Of a DNA stretch of 64,000 bases, positions 47,809-57,738 are shown piece after piece (position 1 is the stretch's first letter; every line of letters starts with the position of its first letter). Source of the DNA: an uncultured Nitrososphaerota archaeon (GTDB lineage: Archaea; Thermoproteota; Nitrososphaeria; Nitrososphaerales; Gagatemarchaeaceae); the NCBI GenBank assembly GCA_963718895.1, contig CAVRAG010000008.1, forward strand, positions 640,001-704,000, in the 5' to 3' direction. Under the pieces are notes generated by a model. That model saw nothing but the letters and a program-made list of their open reading frames with translations, did not search any database and was not told the DNA's origin. The position numbers and the translations under genes were made by a program.

Positions 47809-49373
47809 GTCCCGGCGGCGCGCCAGAGCGGTCTCACGAGGCCTTCGTCCACCATGGCCAGGGATCGCTCATAGACCTCGAGCCAGTTTGAGTAGAGGCC
47901 CCGGTAGAGCTCGTAGTTCGTGCGTGAGGGCTCGATCTTCTTCTCGGTTTTTGCGAGGCCGACCGCGGCCTCCTGCACGTCACCGTACCATCCTGCGCCT
48001 TTCCCGGCGCAGATCGCGGTCCCCAACGAGGTGCTCTCTTTGACGACCGGAATCTTCACCTCGACACCCAGGACGTCCGAGACGACCTGCGGCCATAGGC
48101 TCCCCTTGGAAGCGCCTCCCGTTAGGGTGACCTGCCGCGTGCGACCCCTAGTAATCTCCTCTATGATATTCAGGTGGCCCAGGGCCACGTAGGCCGCGGC
48201 CTCCTCGATGGCGCGGACGCACTCCTTCTTGCCCGATCGGCTCGGGTTGCCGACGTCGAACTGCATCAGAGCAGGGGAGGCGTGAATCCAGCGCTTTGAG
48301 TTCATCATGTTGGAGAAGATACCCAGTACGCCCTCCGAGCCAGGCGGGACCGAGCGCGCCGAGTCCTCCATTATGGTGTAGGCGTCGGTCCCGTGGCGCC
48401 TCGCCTCCTCCTTCTCGCTCTGGCAGAACCCGTCCCTGAACCACCTCATCGTCAGGCCGCAGTAGAAGCCTATCCCTTCCATCATCCACTGTCCCGGGAT
48501 AGCGTGGCAGAGGGTCCTGAGCCTCATCTTCCGGTCTATCCGCGCCGTGTCCATCAGCACCGTCGTCTGCCAGAAGCTTCCTCCCACTATCGTGATTCTG
48601 TTCGGACCGCCCGCGCCTATCCCGACGAGCCCCATCTGGGTGTCCCCGCCCCCTGTGACGACGGGAGTCCCAGGGGCCAGGCCGGTCTCGAGGGCTGCCT
48701 TAGGCGTGACTGCGCCAATCTCGTTCCCCGACTCGACCACCTCCGGGAAGATGTCTCTTTCAAGGCTGCAGAGTTCGGCTATCGCGGGAGACCATCTTCT
48801 CCGCTTAAGGTCGAACATCGCCGAGCTCGAGCCCACCGAAGGGTCGGTCACGAACCGACCCGAGAGCCGATAAAGTATCCAGTCACTCAGCATTCCCATG
48901 TGCGCGACCTTCCTGAAGATCTCGGGCCTGTTTCGCTGGATCCAGAGGAACCTCGGAGGGGCGGTTATCGAGACCCAGTCTCCGCTCTCAAAGTAGATCT
49001 TCTCGGCCGCGCCGTCCCTGACCATCATGCGGGCCTCCTCCAAGGCACGGGAATCGACGTTCGGACAGGCCCAGATCTCCCTGCCCCTGGCGTCGTAGAG
49101 GACCATGCCCTCCCTCATACTGCTTGCGCTCACGGCGCCGATCTGAGAAGGTTCAATCGACCCCGCGAACAGCGCCTCCCTGATGCAGTGTGAGATAAGC
49201 TTCCAGTTCCGTCTTGTCTCGAAGACCTGGGACCCCGGAACCCCGGGCACCGGCCGGTGGGTCCACTCGTGCTGTGCTATCGAGAGCTGGTGGCCCAGTC
49301 TGTCGAAGACCGTCGCCCGGCAGCTTCCCGTCCCCGCGTCTATCGCCATTACGTACTGCGGCAAACACGTCAC
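47805..49373 (-). CDS. lsrK: Autoinducer-2 kinase LsrK-like (FGGY family)
   Basis: AIDAGTGSCR, SMREGMVLY...IWACPNVDSRA, GGGDTQ, GGSFWQ, GGASKG.LWPQ, C-terminal LWRAAG. Confidence 0.85.
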   Translation of the reverse strand: MTCLPQYVMAIDAGTGSCRATVFDRLGHQLSIAQHEWTHRPVPGVPGSQVFETRRNWKLISHCIREALFAGSIEPSQIGAVSASSMREGMVLYDARGREIWACPNVDSRALEEARMMVRDGAAEKIYFESGDWVSITAPPRFLWIQRNRPEIFRKVAHMGMLSDWILYRLSGRFVTDPSVGSSSAMFDLKRRRWSPAIAELCSLERDIFPEVVESGNEIGAVTPKAALETGLAPGTPVVTGGGDTQMGLVGIGAGGPNRITIVGGSFWQTTVLMDTARIDRKMRLRTLCHAIPGQWMMEGIGFYCGLTMRWFRDGFCQSEKEEARRHGTDAYTIMEDSARSVPPGSEGVLGIFSNMMNSKRWIHASPALMQFDVGNPSRSGKKECVRAIEEAAAYVALGHLNIIEEITRGRTRQVTLTGGASKGSLWPQVVSDVLGVEVKIPVVKESTSLGTAICAGKGAGWYGDVQEAAVGLAKTEKKIEPSRTNYELYRGLYSNWLEVYERSLAMVDEGLVRPLWRAAGT

Positions 49374-50413
49374 CTCAGGGTCTCGGGGTTGACGACTGTC
49401 TCGAGCGGTTCGCCCTCCAGGTATCGCTCCACCTGCTTCGCGACTATCATGGCACCCTTGGTCGTTGTCTCGAAGGTCGCCCCGCCGATGTGGGGCATGA
49501 CTATGGTGTTGTCCATCTCGATGAGCGGGTTGACCGGCCTCGACGGGTCATAGCGGACCACGTCCATCCCGGCGCCGGCAAGTCGACCCTCCCTGAGCGC
49601 AGAGCACAGGGCCCCCTCATCCACCATGCTGGGCCTGGAGGTGTTGATGAAGAAGGCCCCTCGCTTCATCATCGAGAACTGTCCCGATCCCATGAGGTTC
49701 TCGTTCTCCTTCGACTCCCGCGCATGAAGGGATACAAAGTCGGACCTTGTGAGCACCTCCTCGAGGCCGGCGACACGCACGCCTTCGGACTCGATCTTCG
49801 ACCTGTCGACGTAGGGGTCGTAGACCAGCACCGCCATCCCGAACCCTATGGCCCGCTTGGCTACCCGGGAGCCGACCCTGCCGAACCCGATCAGACCGAG
49901 TGTCTTCCCATCCAGCTCGTGCCCGAAGAACTGGTTCCCCTCGTAGTTGTCTTTCCCCGCAACCCGGGTCGTTCTCACATGCGTATAGGCGCGGACGAGG
50001 TTCCGAGAGAGCATGACCATGAGGGCGACGGTGAGCTCCGCCACTGCCTCGGCGTTCTTCCCCGGAGCGGTGATGACCGGGATGCGCCTCGCGCTGGCTG
50101 CCGCCACGTCGACGTTCACGGGTCCACCGCGGGCGCAGCAGAGTACCTTCAGGTTCCTTCCTGCGGCGAGGACCTCCTCCGAGACCGGCGCGCCGTGCAC
50201 GACGAGGACCTCGGCGTCACCAACCTCCGAGATGAGCTGGCGGTTGGATCCGAGATACTCTCGCAACGACTTCTCGGAGGCGCTCCCAGGCACGAGCTTC
50301 TCGTCCTCGTCGAGTTTCAGGAACCTGACCTCGTTGGCCTTCGCTATCCCCTCGAAAGCCTCCCTGAAGTAGTCCAGCGTGATGAAGCTGTCCCCGACGA
50401 TGAGCATCCTCAA
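49370..50413 (-). CDS. D-isomer-specific 2-hydroxyacid dehydrogenase
   Basis: PGKNAEAVAE, GLIGFGRVG, INTSR, PHIGGAT; stop overlaps the lsrK start. Confidence 0.92.
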   Translation of the reverse strand: MRMLIVGDSFITLDYFREAFEGIAKANEVRFLKLDEDEKLVPGSASEKSLREYLGSNRQLISEVGDAEVLVVHGAPVSEEVLAAGRNLKVLCCARGGPVNVDVAAASARRIPVITAPGKNAEAVAELTVALMVMLSRNLVRAYTHVRTTRVAGKDNYEGNQFFGHELDGKTLGLIGFGRVGSRVAKRAIGFGMAVLVYDPYVDRSKIESEGVRVAGLEEVLTRSDFVSLHARESKENENLMGSGQFSMMKRGAFFINTSRPSMVDEGALCSALREGRLAGAGMDVVRYDPSRPVNPLIEMDNTIVMPHIGGATFETTTKGAMIVAKQVERYLEGEPLETVVNPETLR

Positions 50414-50419
50414 GGAGCC

Positions 50420-51175
50420 TTACCTCATCCCCCTGCCGCCGGCGACTGTGAGCACTTCTCCCGTTATCCAGTCGGCTTCGTCTGAAGCGAGGAAGGTCGC
50501 GGCGGCTGCCGTGTCGTAGGTTCTGCCCAGCCGCTTGAGGAAGGTCTCGCCCGCTATGAGGAGCTTCGTCTCCTGTGGCATCGAGGCGAGTATGTCAGTC
50601 TCCGTCGTTCCGGGGCAAATCGCGTTCACTGTGATCTCGGGTCCGAGCCTGACCGCGAGCGACCGGGTAAGCCCGATCATCCCGGCCTTTGACGAGACGT
50701 AGTCAGGATATCTCAGGGCCGAGGGCTGCGCGAGGGCCGAGACAGAGGAGATGTTGATGATCTTCCCCTTCTTCTGGGTGAGCATGAGGGGCGCGACCTC
50801 CCTGCAGCACAGGTAGGCTCCCTTGAGGTTCACGTCCAGCACGCGGTCCCAGTCCTCGTCCGTCGAGTCGAGGAAGTCCTTCGCGACTAATACCCCGGCG
50901 TTGTTGACCAGTATATCCACTCGACCGAACTTCCCGACGGTCTTGGAGACCATCCGCTTGACCTCGGGCGACTTCGAGACGTCAGCCTTCACGAGCAGAG
51001 ATCTGCCGCCTTCTCTCTTGATCTCCTCTACGACGTTCTTCGCCTCCTCCTCGGAGCTCCGGTAGTTCACCACCACCCTCGCACCCTCGGAGGCGTACAT
51101 TCTCGCGATCGCTGCGCCGATCCCCTTACTTGCGCCCGTCACTATAGCCACCTTTCCCCTGAGACGCTGCGCCAT
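50420..51175 (-). CDS. SDR (FabG-like) oxidoreductase
   Basis: TGASKGIG, NNAG, YVSSK, VNAICPG. Confidence 0.94.
   Translation of the reverse strand: MAQRLRGKVAIVTGASKGIGAAIARMYASEGARVVVNYRSSEEEAKNVVEEIKREGGRSLLVKADVSKSPEVKRMVSKTVGKFGRVDILVNNAGVLVAKDFLDSTDEDWDRVLDVNLKGAYLCCREVAPLMLTQKKGKIINISSVSALAQPSALRYPDYVSSKAGMIGLTRSLAVRLGPEITVNAICPGTTETDILASMPQETKLLIAGETFLKRLGRTYDTAAAATFLASDEADWITGEVLTVAGGRGMR
50745..50830 (-). repeat. 86-bp perfect inverted repeat, copy 1
   Basis: Reverse complement is identical to 53319-53404. Confidence 0.95.
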
Positions 51176-51223
51176 GGCTGCTCGGCCCACGCGGCAGATG
51201 CCCGTAATATAGGTTCAGACCGA

Positions 51224-52813
51224 TTACTCTGGCGGAATCTCTTGGAGGACCGCGCCTAGGTTGATGCCCTTGCCCTTGAAGTAGTAGTACCTGGCGACGT
51301 AGATGATTATGCCAGACCCGAAGATGGTCGCGAGGAGGGCGTCAGCGGCAGGGGTAGCAGGCCCGATAGCCGGGGTCGTGACCGCGAAGTAGAGGGTTAT
51401 CGCCATTGCGACGACCGAGAGAAACCCGAATATCTGGAGCACGCGGGGACCACCGGAAAGTCCCTTTGCCAGCTCCTTCCTCCGAATGGGGAAGACTATG
51501 GCAGATATCCCGACTATAATCCAGACGATCGACCAGATGGTGGTGGTGTTGAGGACCTGCCCGATGTAGCTCGTGTACGCGGTGAAGGCCACGAGGATGG
51601 CTCCAACTACAAGCGTGAGTATCGTGGCCTTGATCGGGATGTGCAACCTCTCGTTGATGTCCGCGAAGGTCGAGGGGAGTATCCTGTCGAAGGAGAACGC
51701 GAAGACGTACCTCGAGGCGCTCAGGACTAGTCCGCATGCCCACCAGGGGAAGAACACCAGGAACGAGAACTGAACGAAGGTCGCTAGGTACGCGTTCCCC
51801 AGAATCGCCGGTACAAAGACGGCCAGCCAGGGGGCGACACCGAGGGAGAGTTGGCCCGAACCGAAGAGCGAGAACGCGGCCTGATTGAACGGGTAGGAGA
51901 GCATGCGCATGGCGAAGAAGAGGCCGACAATGTCGATGATCGCGCATATCGCGAGCGCAATCACGACACCCCAGAGCATGCTGTACTTCGCGTTCTTGAC
52001 CTCACCCGAGATGTAGACCGAGTAGTTGAATCCGTTGAAGAGAAGGACCCCGAAGGGGATGCTGAGAAGAGTCGCGCTGGTCGTGATGGGGAGATAGGGG
52101 AAGTTGTTGCTCGCAGCCGCGGACAACACGCCGTTGTAGGTCACGCTCGGAGCGCCCGATGTGCCACTGAAGAAGTTCGTGAAGTCGGTTGCGAACGAGG
52201 CGTTGGACGTCCCTATCACGAACGCGAGCATTATGAAGGTCCCGAGGAAGACTATAATCGCCAAGGTTATCATGACCTTGCTGTAGATCTTCGCGCCCAG
52301 GCTCGTTATGATGACACCGAAAATTACCACCCCTAGCATCCCCGACAGGAAGACGTTGTTGGGGGTAACGAAACTTGTGGCCCAGTTGATCAACCCCACG
52401 TTGTGCCAGGTGTAACCCATCGTGAGCGCGAAGTCGGGTACTACGACCGAACCCCAGGCGCCCGCGCCGCCCGAGAGCAGCGCGACGAAGGACAGCCACA
52501 TAGCCCATCCCGCGACGAAGCCGACGCTCGGGTGAAGACTTCTGCCCATCCAGATGTAGTCGCCTCCGGAGCGAGGCATCTGAGTGGCAAAGATGTAGTA
52601 CATTATCCCGAGCGGGACCATGAAGAGGACGCCGATGATCGCGGAGATGGTGAACTCGGCTCCAGGGTCGGACGGTGCGATGTAGCCAATCTGGGAAGCG
52701 ATTCCGAAGTACGTGGGACCGGTGACGGCGAGACTTACGATGAGAGCGTCGTACCAGCTGAATGACCTTACTAGACCAGTAGCGTCCCGCATGAAAGCGG
52801 ACTTGCTAGCCAA
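51224..52813 (-). CDS. APC-family amino acid permease
   Basis: FMRDATGLVR, MPRSGGDY, GEVKN, SRYVFAFSFDRILP; about 12 TM helices. Confidence 0.93.
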   Translation of the reverse strand: MASKSAFMRDATGLVRSFSWYDALIVSLAVTGPTYFGIASQIGYIAPSDPGAEFTISAIIGVLFMVPLGIMYYIFATQMPRSGGDYIWMGRSLHPSVGFVAGWAMWLSFVALLSGGAGAWGSVVVPDFALTMGYTWHNVGLINWATSFVTPNNVFLSGMLGVVIFGVIITSLGAKIYSKVMITLAIIVFLGTFIMLAFVIGTSNASFATDFTNFFSGTSGAPSVTYNGVLSAAASNNFPYLPITTSATLLSIPFGVLLFNGFNYSVYISGEVKNAKYSMLWGVVIALAICAIIDIVGLFFAMRMLSYPFNQAAFSLFGSGQLSLGVAPWLAVFVPAILGNAYLATFVQFSFLVFFPWWACGLVLSASRYVFAFSFDRILPSTFADINERLHIPIKATILTLVVGAILVAFTAYTSYIGQVLNTTTIWSIVWIIVGISAIVFPIRRKELAKGLSGGPRVLQIFGFLSVVAMAITLYFAVTTPAIGPATPAADALLATIFGSGIIIYVARYYYFKGKGINLGAVLQEIPPE

Positions 52814-52976
52814 TATGAGTTCACCTCTGGGTTAAGTTTACTATTTAACCTTTGAAAACCCAGGGATTCATCCAGCTTTTGTATCTTTTCATCTCTTAAC
52901 CTCTTAGTTCTTGTCGTATTTCCGGTCAGGTTCGCCGGTAGGGACAAGGCTTTAGGGGCCTCGAGAGAAAGCGGCT

Positions 52977-53729
52977 GTGATGCGCCTAAATGGCAGGGTA
53001 ACGATAGTGACGGGAGCTTCTCGAGGAATCGGCAGGGCGATCGCAAAACGCTTCGCCAAGGAAGGCGCGAAGGTCGTGATAAATTACAACCACTCCAGGT
53101 CCCAGGCAGCGAAGCTTCTCAGGGAGATACAGGGCGCGGGAGGCGAGGCGATCATAGTCAAGGCTGACGTCTCCAACCCCCGCGACGTCAAGAGGCTCGT
53201 GAAGAAAGCAGTTGAGGCTTACGGGCGGGTCGACGTGCTGGTCAACAACGCGGGAGTCTTGTTCCAAGAGACTTTCCTCGACGCGCCGGAAGACGTCTGG
53301 GACAAGACGATTGACATCAACCTCAAGGGAGCCTACCTGTGCTGCAGGGAGGTCGCGCCCCTCATGCTCACCCAGAAGAAGGGGAAGATCATCAACATCT
53401 CCTCGAACTCCGGAGCGTATCACCCTTCGGCGATGAGGCTTGTGGAGTACACCACCTCGAAGGCAGGAATGAACGGGCTGACCAAGGCCCTCGCTCTGAA
53501 GCTGGGACCGTACGTCACCGTCAATGCGATCCTACCCGGCAGGATAGAGACGGACATGACCGCCGGAGTCTCCCCGGAGTCTTCGAGGGCCGTCGTGGAC
53601 GAGACGCCCCTGAAGAGGTTGGGTACGCCCGACGAGGTGGCGAACGCCGCCGTTTACCTCGCTTCGGACGATTCGGACTTCGTTACGGGCGAACTGCATA
53701 TGGTCACCGGTGGCCGAGGCATGCACTGA
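52977..53729 (+). CDS. SDR (FabG-like) oxidoreductase
   Basis: TGASRGIG, NNAG, YTTSK, VNAILPG. Confidence 0.94.
   Translation: MMRLNGRVTIVTGASRGIGRAIAKRFAKEGAKVVINYNHSRSQAAKLLREIQGAGGEAIIVKADVSNPRDVKRLVKKAVEAYGRVDVLVNNAGVLFQETFLDAPEDVWDKTIDINLKGAYLCCREVAPLMLTQKKGKIINISSNSGAYHPSAMRLVEYTTSKAGMNGLTKALALKLGPYVTVNAILPGRIETDMTAGVSPESSRAVVDETPLKRLGTPDEVANAAVYLASDDSDFVTGELHMVTGGRGMH
53319..53404 (+). repeat. 86-bp perfect inverted repeat, copy 2
   Basis: AACCTCAAGGGAGCC...ATCAACATCTCCTC, identical to the reverse complement of 50745-50830. Confidence 0.95.
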
Positions 53730-53791
53730 CCACGTGGACCCTGACCACCGACAACCATAAACAAGAGGACGGCCCGCCGGAAGCCTAAGGC

Positions 53792-54778
53792 ATGTCTGTC
53801 TCAAGACGGCGCAAAGACCGCGCGATACCCGCGGAAGAAAAAGTCAATGCACCGATGACCGAGGCCGAGTTCGACCAGCTCTTTCACGACGTCTCGAACT
53901 GGGGCCGCTGGGGCGAAGCGGACGAGAGGGGGACCCTCAACTACCTGACCCCCGAACACGTGAAGAACGCCGCCTCGCTGGTCCGCTCAGGTCGGTCCAT
54001 CTCGCTGTCGAGGGAGGTCGACTCGGTTCCGGAGGTCGACAACCCTAATCCGGCGATTCACCTTATGATCAGGGGCTACGACGTTCCCGCGAGCGGTGGC
54101 GAACCACAGTTCGTCTCAGACTACCTCGGTTGCGGCTGCCACGGGAATGCCCACTCTCACGTTGATGCGCTCTGCCACGTCGCCTACAAGGGGAGGCTCT
54201 ACAACAACAGACCGCTCAGCACTGTGACCACCCAGGGTGCGAACGCCATGGACATCACGACCTACGCCAACGGGATCGTGGGCCGGGGAGTACTCCTGGA
54301 CATACCGAAGGTGAGAGGGACCAGGTGGCTGGAACCTGGCGACGCGGTCACATCAGAGGACCTACTGGCCGCGGAACACAAGCAGGGGGTGCGCCTCGGC
54401 GAGGGAGACATCTTCGTGTTTCGCGTCGGCCATCCTCTGCGTCGTAAGGAGGTCGGGCCCTGGAACATCGAACACGGGGGCCAAGGCAGGGCGGGTCTCC
54501 ACCCGACGGCGATGCGCCTTCTGCACGAACGGAAGATAGCGGCGTTCCTCCCGGACGGGGACGGTGAGACCGTTCCGAGCAATGTCACGGGCGTGCTCCA
54601 TCCAGTCCACGCGCTTCAGATCGGCGCAATGGGCCTGGCGTGCGGCGACAGCCTGCAGTTCGAGGAGCTTGCAAAGGTCTGCGAGGAGGAGAGACGGTGG
54701 GAGTTCATGGTCACCCTCGCGCCGCTAAGGCTGCCCCACGGGACAGGCTCTCTCGTCAACCCGATCGCGATATTCTGA
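53792..54778 (+). CDS. Cyclase family metal-dependent hydrolase
   Basis: NWGRWG...GTLN, HGNAHSHVDALCH, GRGVLLD, GTGSLVNP. Confidence 0.9.
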   Translation: MSVSRRRKDRAIPAEEKVNAPMTEAEFDQLFHDVSNWGRWGEADERGTLNYLTPEHVKNAASLVRSGRSISLSREVDSVPEVDNPNPAIHLMIRGYDVPASGGEPQFVSDYLGCGCHGNAHSHVDALCHVAYKGRLYNNRPLSTVTTQGANAMDITTYANGIVGRGVLLDIPKVRGTRWLEPGDAVTSEDLLAAEHKQGVRLGEGDIFVFRVGHPLRRKEVGPWNIEHGGQGRAGLHPTAMRLLHERKIAAFLPDGDGETVPSNVTGVLHPVHALQIGAMGLACGDSLQFEELAKVCEEERRWEFMVTLAPLRLPHGTGSLVNPIAIF

Positions 54779-54839
54779 ACATCCGTCCAGGCCGAGGGCA
54801 AGTTCAATACTCGGACGTTGGGGTAGACGGACGAGGAAA

Positions 54840-55928
54840 ATGAACATCGACGAGCTACCTACTCCGGCGGTCGTCATCGACCTCGACGCGGTCGAGCGGA
54901 ACATCAAGAAGATGCAGGACTTTGTGAACTCGAGGGGTTGCGGCGTCAGGCCGCACGCCAAGTCGCACAAGAGTCCGTTCATCGCGAGGAAGCAGATGGA
55001 CGCTGGCGCCGTGGGCCAGTGCTGCCAGACGATAGTCGAGGCGGAGGCGTTGATGCTGAACGGGATTGACCACGTGCTCCTCACGACCAACCTGGCGAGC
55101 CAGGGTTCCATCGAGAGGTTCCTAAACCTCGGCAGGAACGGGGACATCAAGATCATAGTAGACGGAAAGGAGAACGCTGAGATGCTCGCCAGGGCTGCCC
55201 GGCACAGAGGGATGACAGCGGACGTGGTGGTCGACCTGGACGTTGGGGGGAACAAGACGGGACAGCAGCCCGGGGAACCGGCCGCGAGGTTCGCCAAGTG
55301 GATAATCGAGACGGACGGACTGCGCTTCAGAGGAATCCAGGGGTACGAGGGGCACCTACAGATCAGCACGCCAGACTTTGAGGAGAGGAAGACCAAGACC
55401 ATGGAGGCGCTCGGGAAGATCACGGCTACCATCGAGGCGCTCAAGGCGCTCGGGATCACCCCTGAGATAGTCACCTGCGGCGGGACCGGGACCTACAACA
55501 TCTCCGCGGGATATCCTGGCGTGACGGACATCCAGCCTGGTTCGTACATCTATATGGACCGGCGGTACGGAGAGATTGGGTCTGCCGGGACAGACTTCGA
55601 GAAATCGATGTCCGTCGTCGCCACGGTCATCAGCGCCCCCACCCCAACCAGGGCGGTGACCGATCTGGGCTGGAAAGGAGTCGGCATCGAGTACGAGGCA
55701 ATCGGGTTCGGAGGAATGCCCACCCCGCTGCTCCCGGGCCTCAAGTACAGTCCCGGGGGCGACGAGCACGGGATCCTCACAGCGCAGGAGCCCAGATATC
55801 GGCCGAACGTCGGCGACAGGGTGAGGTTCCTACCCGCACACTGTGACACTACGCTGAACCTCTACGGATTCTTCTACGGGGTCAGGGGAGACAGGGTAGA
55901 GGTCGTCGGCCCTGTCGCCCGACGCTGA
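54840..55928 (+). CDS. DSD1/D-threonine aldolase family PLP enzyme
   Basis: TPAVVIDL, RPHAKSHK, YEGH, GGTGT, QPGSYIYMD, DEHG, PAHCD. Confidence 0.92.
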   Translation: MNIDELPTPAVVIDLDAVERNIKKMQDFVNSRGCGVRPHAKSHKSPFIARKQMDAGAVGQCCQTIVEAEALMLNGIDHVLLTTNLASQGSIERFLNLGRNGDIKIIVDGKENAEMLARAARHRGMTADVVVDLDVGGNKTGQQPGEPAARFAKWIIETDGLRFRGIQGYEGHLQISTPDFEERKTKTMEALGKITATIEALKALGITPEIVTCGGTGTYNISAGYPGVTDIQPGSYIYMDRRYGEIGSAGTDFEKSMSVVATVISAPTPTRAVTDLGWKGVGIEYEAIGFGGMPTPLLPGLKYSPGGDEHGILTAQEPRYRPNVGDRVRFLPAHCDTTLNLYGFFYGVRGDRVEVVGPVARR

Positions 55929-55940
55929 GGCGACTCGTGG

Positions 55941-56783
55941 TTGAAGTTCGGGCTGGCCGTCTCCGGCAGAGGCAATCTGAAGGTGATAGAGAAGATGGCG
56001 CTGAAGGCCGACGAGGTAGGGTACGACAGTTTCCTTGTCACGGATCACTTCCTTCACCCAGTGAGCAACGACCACATCGACGTCTGGTCCTTCCTGCCCT
56101 ACCTCGCCGGGAAGACCAACAGGATAAGGCTCGGGACGTGCGTAACTCCGCTTCCGCTCCGTCAGCCGGCGGTCCTTGCCAAGACGATAGCCTCCTGCGA
56201 CGTCCTGTCCGGGGGGAGGATGATCCTGGGCGCCGGCTTCGGCTGGTACAGGCCTGAGTTCGATGCGTTCTCAAAGTGGCTTGAGACCGGAGAGAGGATC
56301 GCCTACAGCAGGGAGGCGCTAGAGCTGATGCTCCGCCTCTGGCACGAGAAGGAGCCGTTCGACTTTCACGGGAGGTTCATCGAGGCCAAGGGGGTGGTTG
56401 TAGAGCCGAGACCAGTGCAGAAACCGCACCCGAGCATCCTCTGGGGTGGCCATCTGTCTGCCTCGCTAAGAACGGCCGGACGGTACGCAGATGGGTGGAT
56501 GCCCATCGGGCCGAGGTGGTTCGACGACGAGTATCCCAGACCCCAGGAGTACGCCGTGATGAGGGAGAAGATCCTCGGGGAGATGAAGAGGCTCGGACGC
56601 CCTACATCTGGGTTCATCTTCACCAATATCATCAACATGGCAGATACCAAGATAGTGCGGGCGGACCTTGAGCGGTATGTCCAGTCGGGCGTCAACTACT
56701 TCACCCTGGGCGACAAGGCCAAAGACGAAGCGTCGGTAAGAGAGATAGAGAGGGTCGCAAGGGAAGTCGGGGGGTCGTTCTGA
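55941..56783 (+). CDS. LLM-class flavin/F420-dependent oxidoreductase
   Basis: GYDS...DH, IRLGTCV, DVLSGGR..LGAG.GW, PVQKPHP. Confidence 0.92.
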   Translation: MKFGLAVSGRGNLKVIEKMALKADEVGYDSFLVTDHFLHPVSNDHIDVWSFLPYLAGKTNRIRLGTCVTPLPLRQPAVLAKTIASCDVLSGGRMILGAGFGWYRPEFDAFSKWLETGERIAYSREALELMLRLWHEKEPFDFHGRFIEAKGVVVEPRPVQKPHPSILWGGHLSASLRTAGRYADGWMPIGPRWFDDEYPRPQEYAVMREKILGEMKRLGRPTSGFIFTNIINMADTKIVRADLERYVQSGVNYFTLGDKAKDEASVREIERVAREVGGSF

Positions 56784-56784
56784 A

Positions 56785-57669
56785 ATGGGAACGGAGGCCC
56801 GCTGGAAGATATCGTTCATACCCTACTACATGACCGCGACCGCAAAGTGGAGCTCGCCGCCCGCGAGTGAGGCGATCAAGGTCCTGAAGGGAGCCGGCTA
56901 CGACGGGGTCGAATGGATGCTCGGGCAGCACTTCAGGAACACGAGGGAGCTCGGAGAGCTCACGGCCAGGACGCGGCAGAGCGGCCTGGCGGTCTCGAAC
57001 ATCATGTGCTGGAAGGATCTCGCGACCCGCGACCAAGATGCCAGGAAGGCGAGCGTGAAGACTCTTCAGGGGATGCTCACGGCGGCGGGCGACTTGGGCA
57101 TCCCGGTAATGAACACCTTCACCGGACCGATGACCTGGAACCCTGGCGCGGCCAGGGTTGGGAAGGACATCTCGGAAGGAGAAGCGTGGAAGGTCGTCAC
57201 CGAGTCGCTATCCTCTGTCGTCGAGACGGCCGAGAGGGCCAAGGTCGTCGTTACGGTGGAGCCGGTCTTCGGCATGCTCGTGCACGACTACTACACTCTC
57301 AAGGAGTTGCTCAGGCAGCTCGACTCCAGATATCTCGGGGTCAACCTGGATCCGTCGCACTTCGCCCTCTACGGGAACGACACGGCATGGGCGGTCCGGA
57401 TGCTAGGCGGCAAGGTCAGGCACGTCCACGTGAAGGACGTCTTCGGGAGACCGGGCGTCTTCGGCGAGACGTTCACCTTCCCGTTCCTGGGGGAGGGAGT
57501 CATCGACTGGCAAGGCTTCTTTGGAGCGCTGAAGGAGATCGACTATCAGGGGTTCCTCTCGCTCGAGTTCGAGAACGACAGATACCTCAATAACGTCTGC
57601 GACGGAGACTGGGCCAAGGCCGCGGTCCAGCTCAGGGAGAGGGCAGACGAGCTTCTTCCAAGACGGTGA
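56785..57669 (+). CDS. Sugar phosphate isomerase/epimerase (AP endonuclease 2 TIM barrel)
   Basis: GYDGVE, VEP, NLDPSH, HVHVKD, GEGVIDW, SLEFE. Confidence 0.92.
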   Translation: MGTEARWKISFIPYYMTATAKWSSPPASEAIKVLKGAGYDGVEWMLGQHFRNTRELGELTARTRQSGLAVSNIMCWKDLATRDQDARKASVKTLQGMLTAAGDLGIPVMNTFTGPMTWNPGAARVGKDISEGEAWKVVTESLSSVVETAERAKVVVTVEPVFGMLVHDYYTLKELLRQLDSRYLGVNLDPSHFALYGNDTAWAVRMLGGKVRHVHVKDVFGRPGVFGETFTFPFLGEGVIDWQGFFGALKEIDYQGFLSLEFENDRYLNNVCDGDWAKAAVQLRERADELLPRR

Positions 57670-57738
57670 GGGCAGGGCCGCACGCCCGCGGGAGACTGGA
57701 AAAAAGGATAAGGCCCGCCCCCTGCAGGCGTTCAGAAA

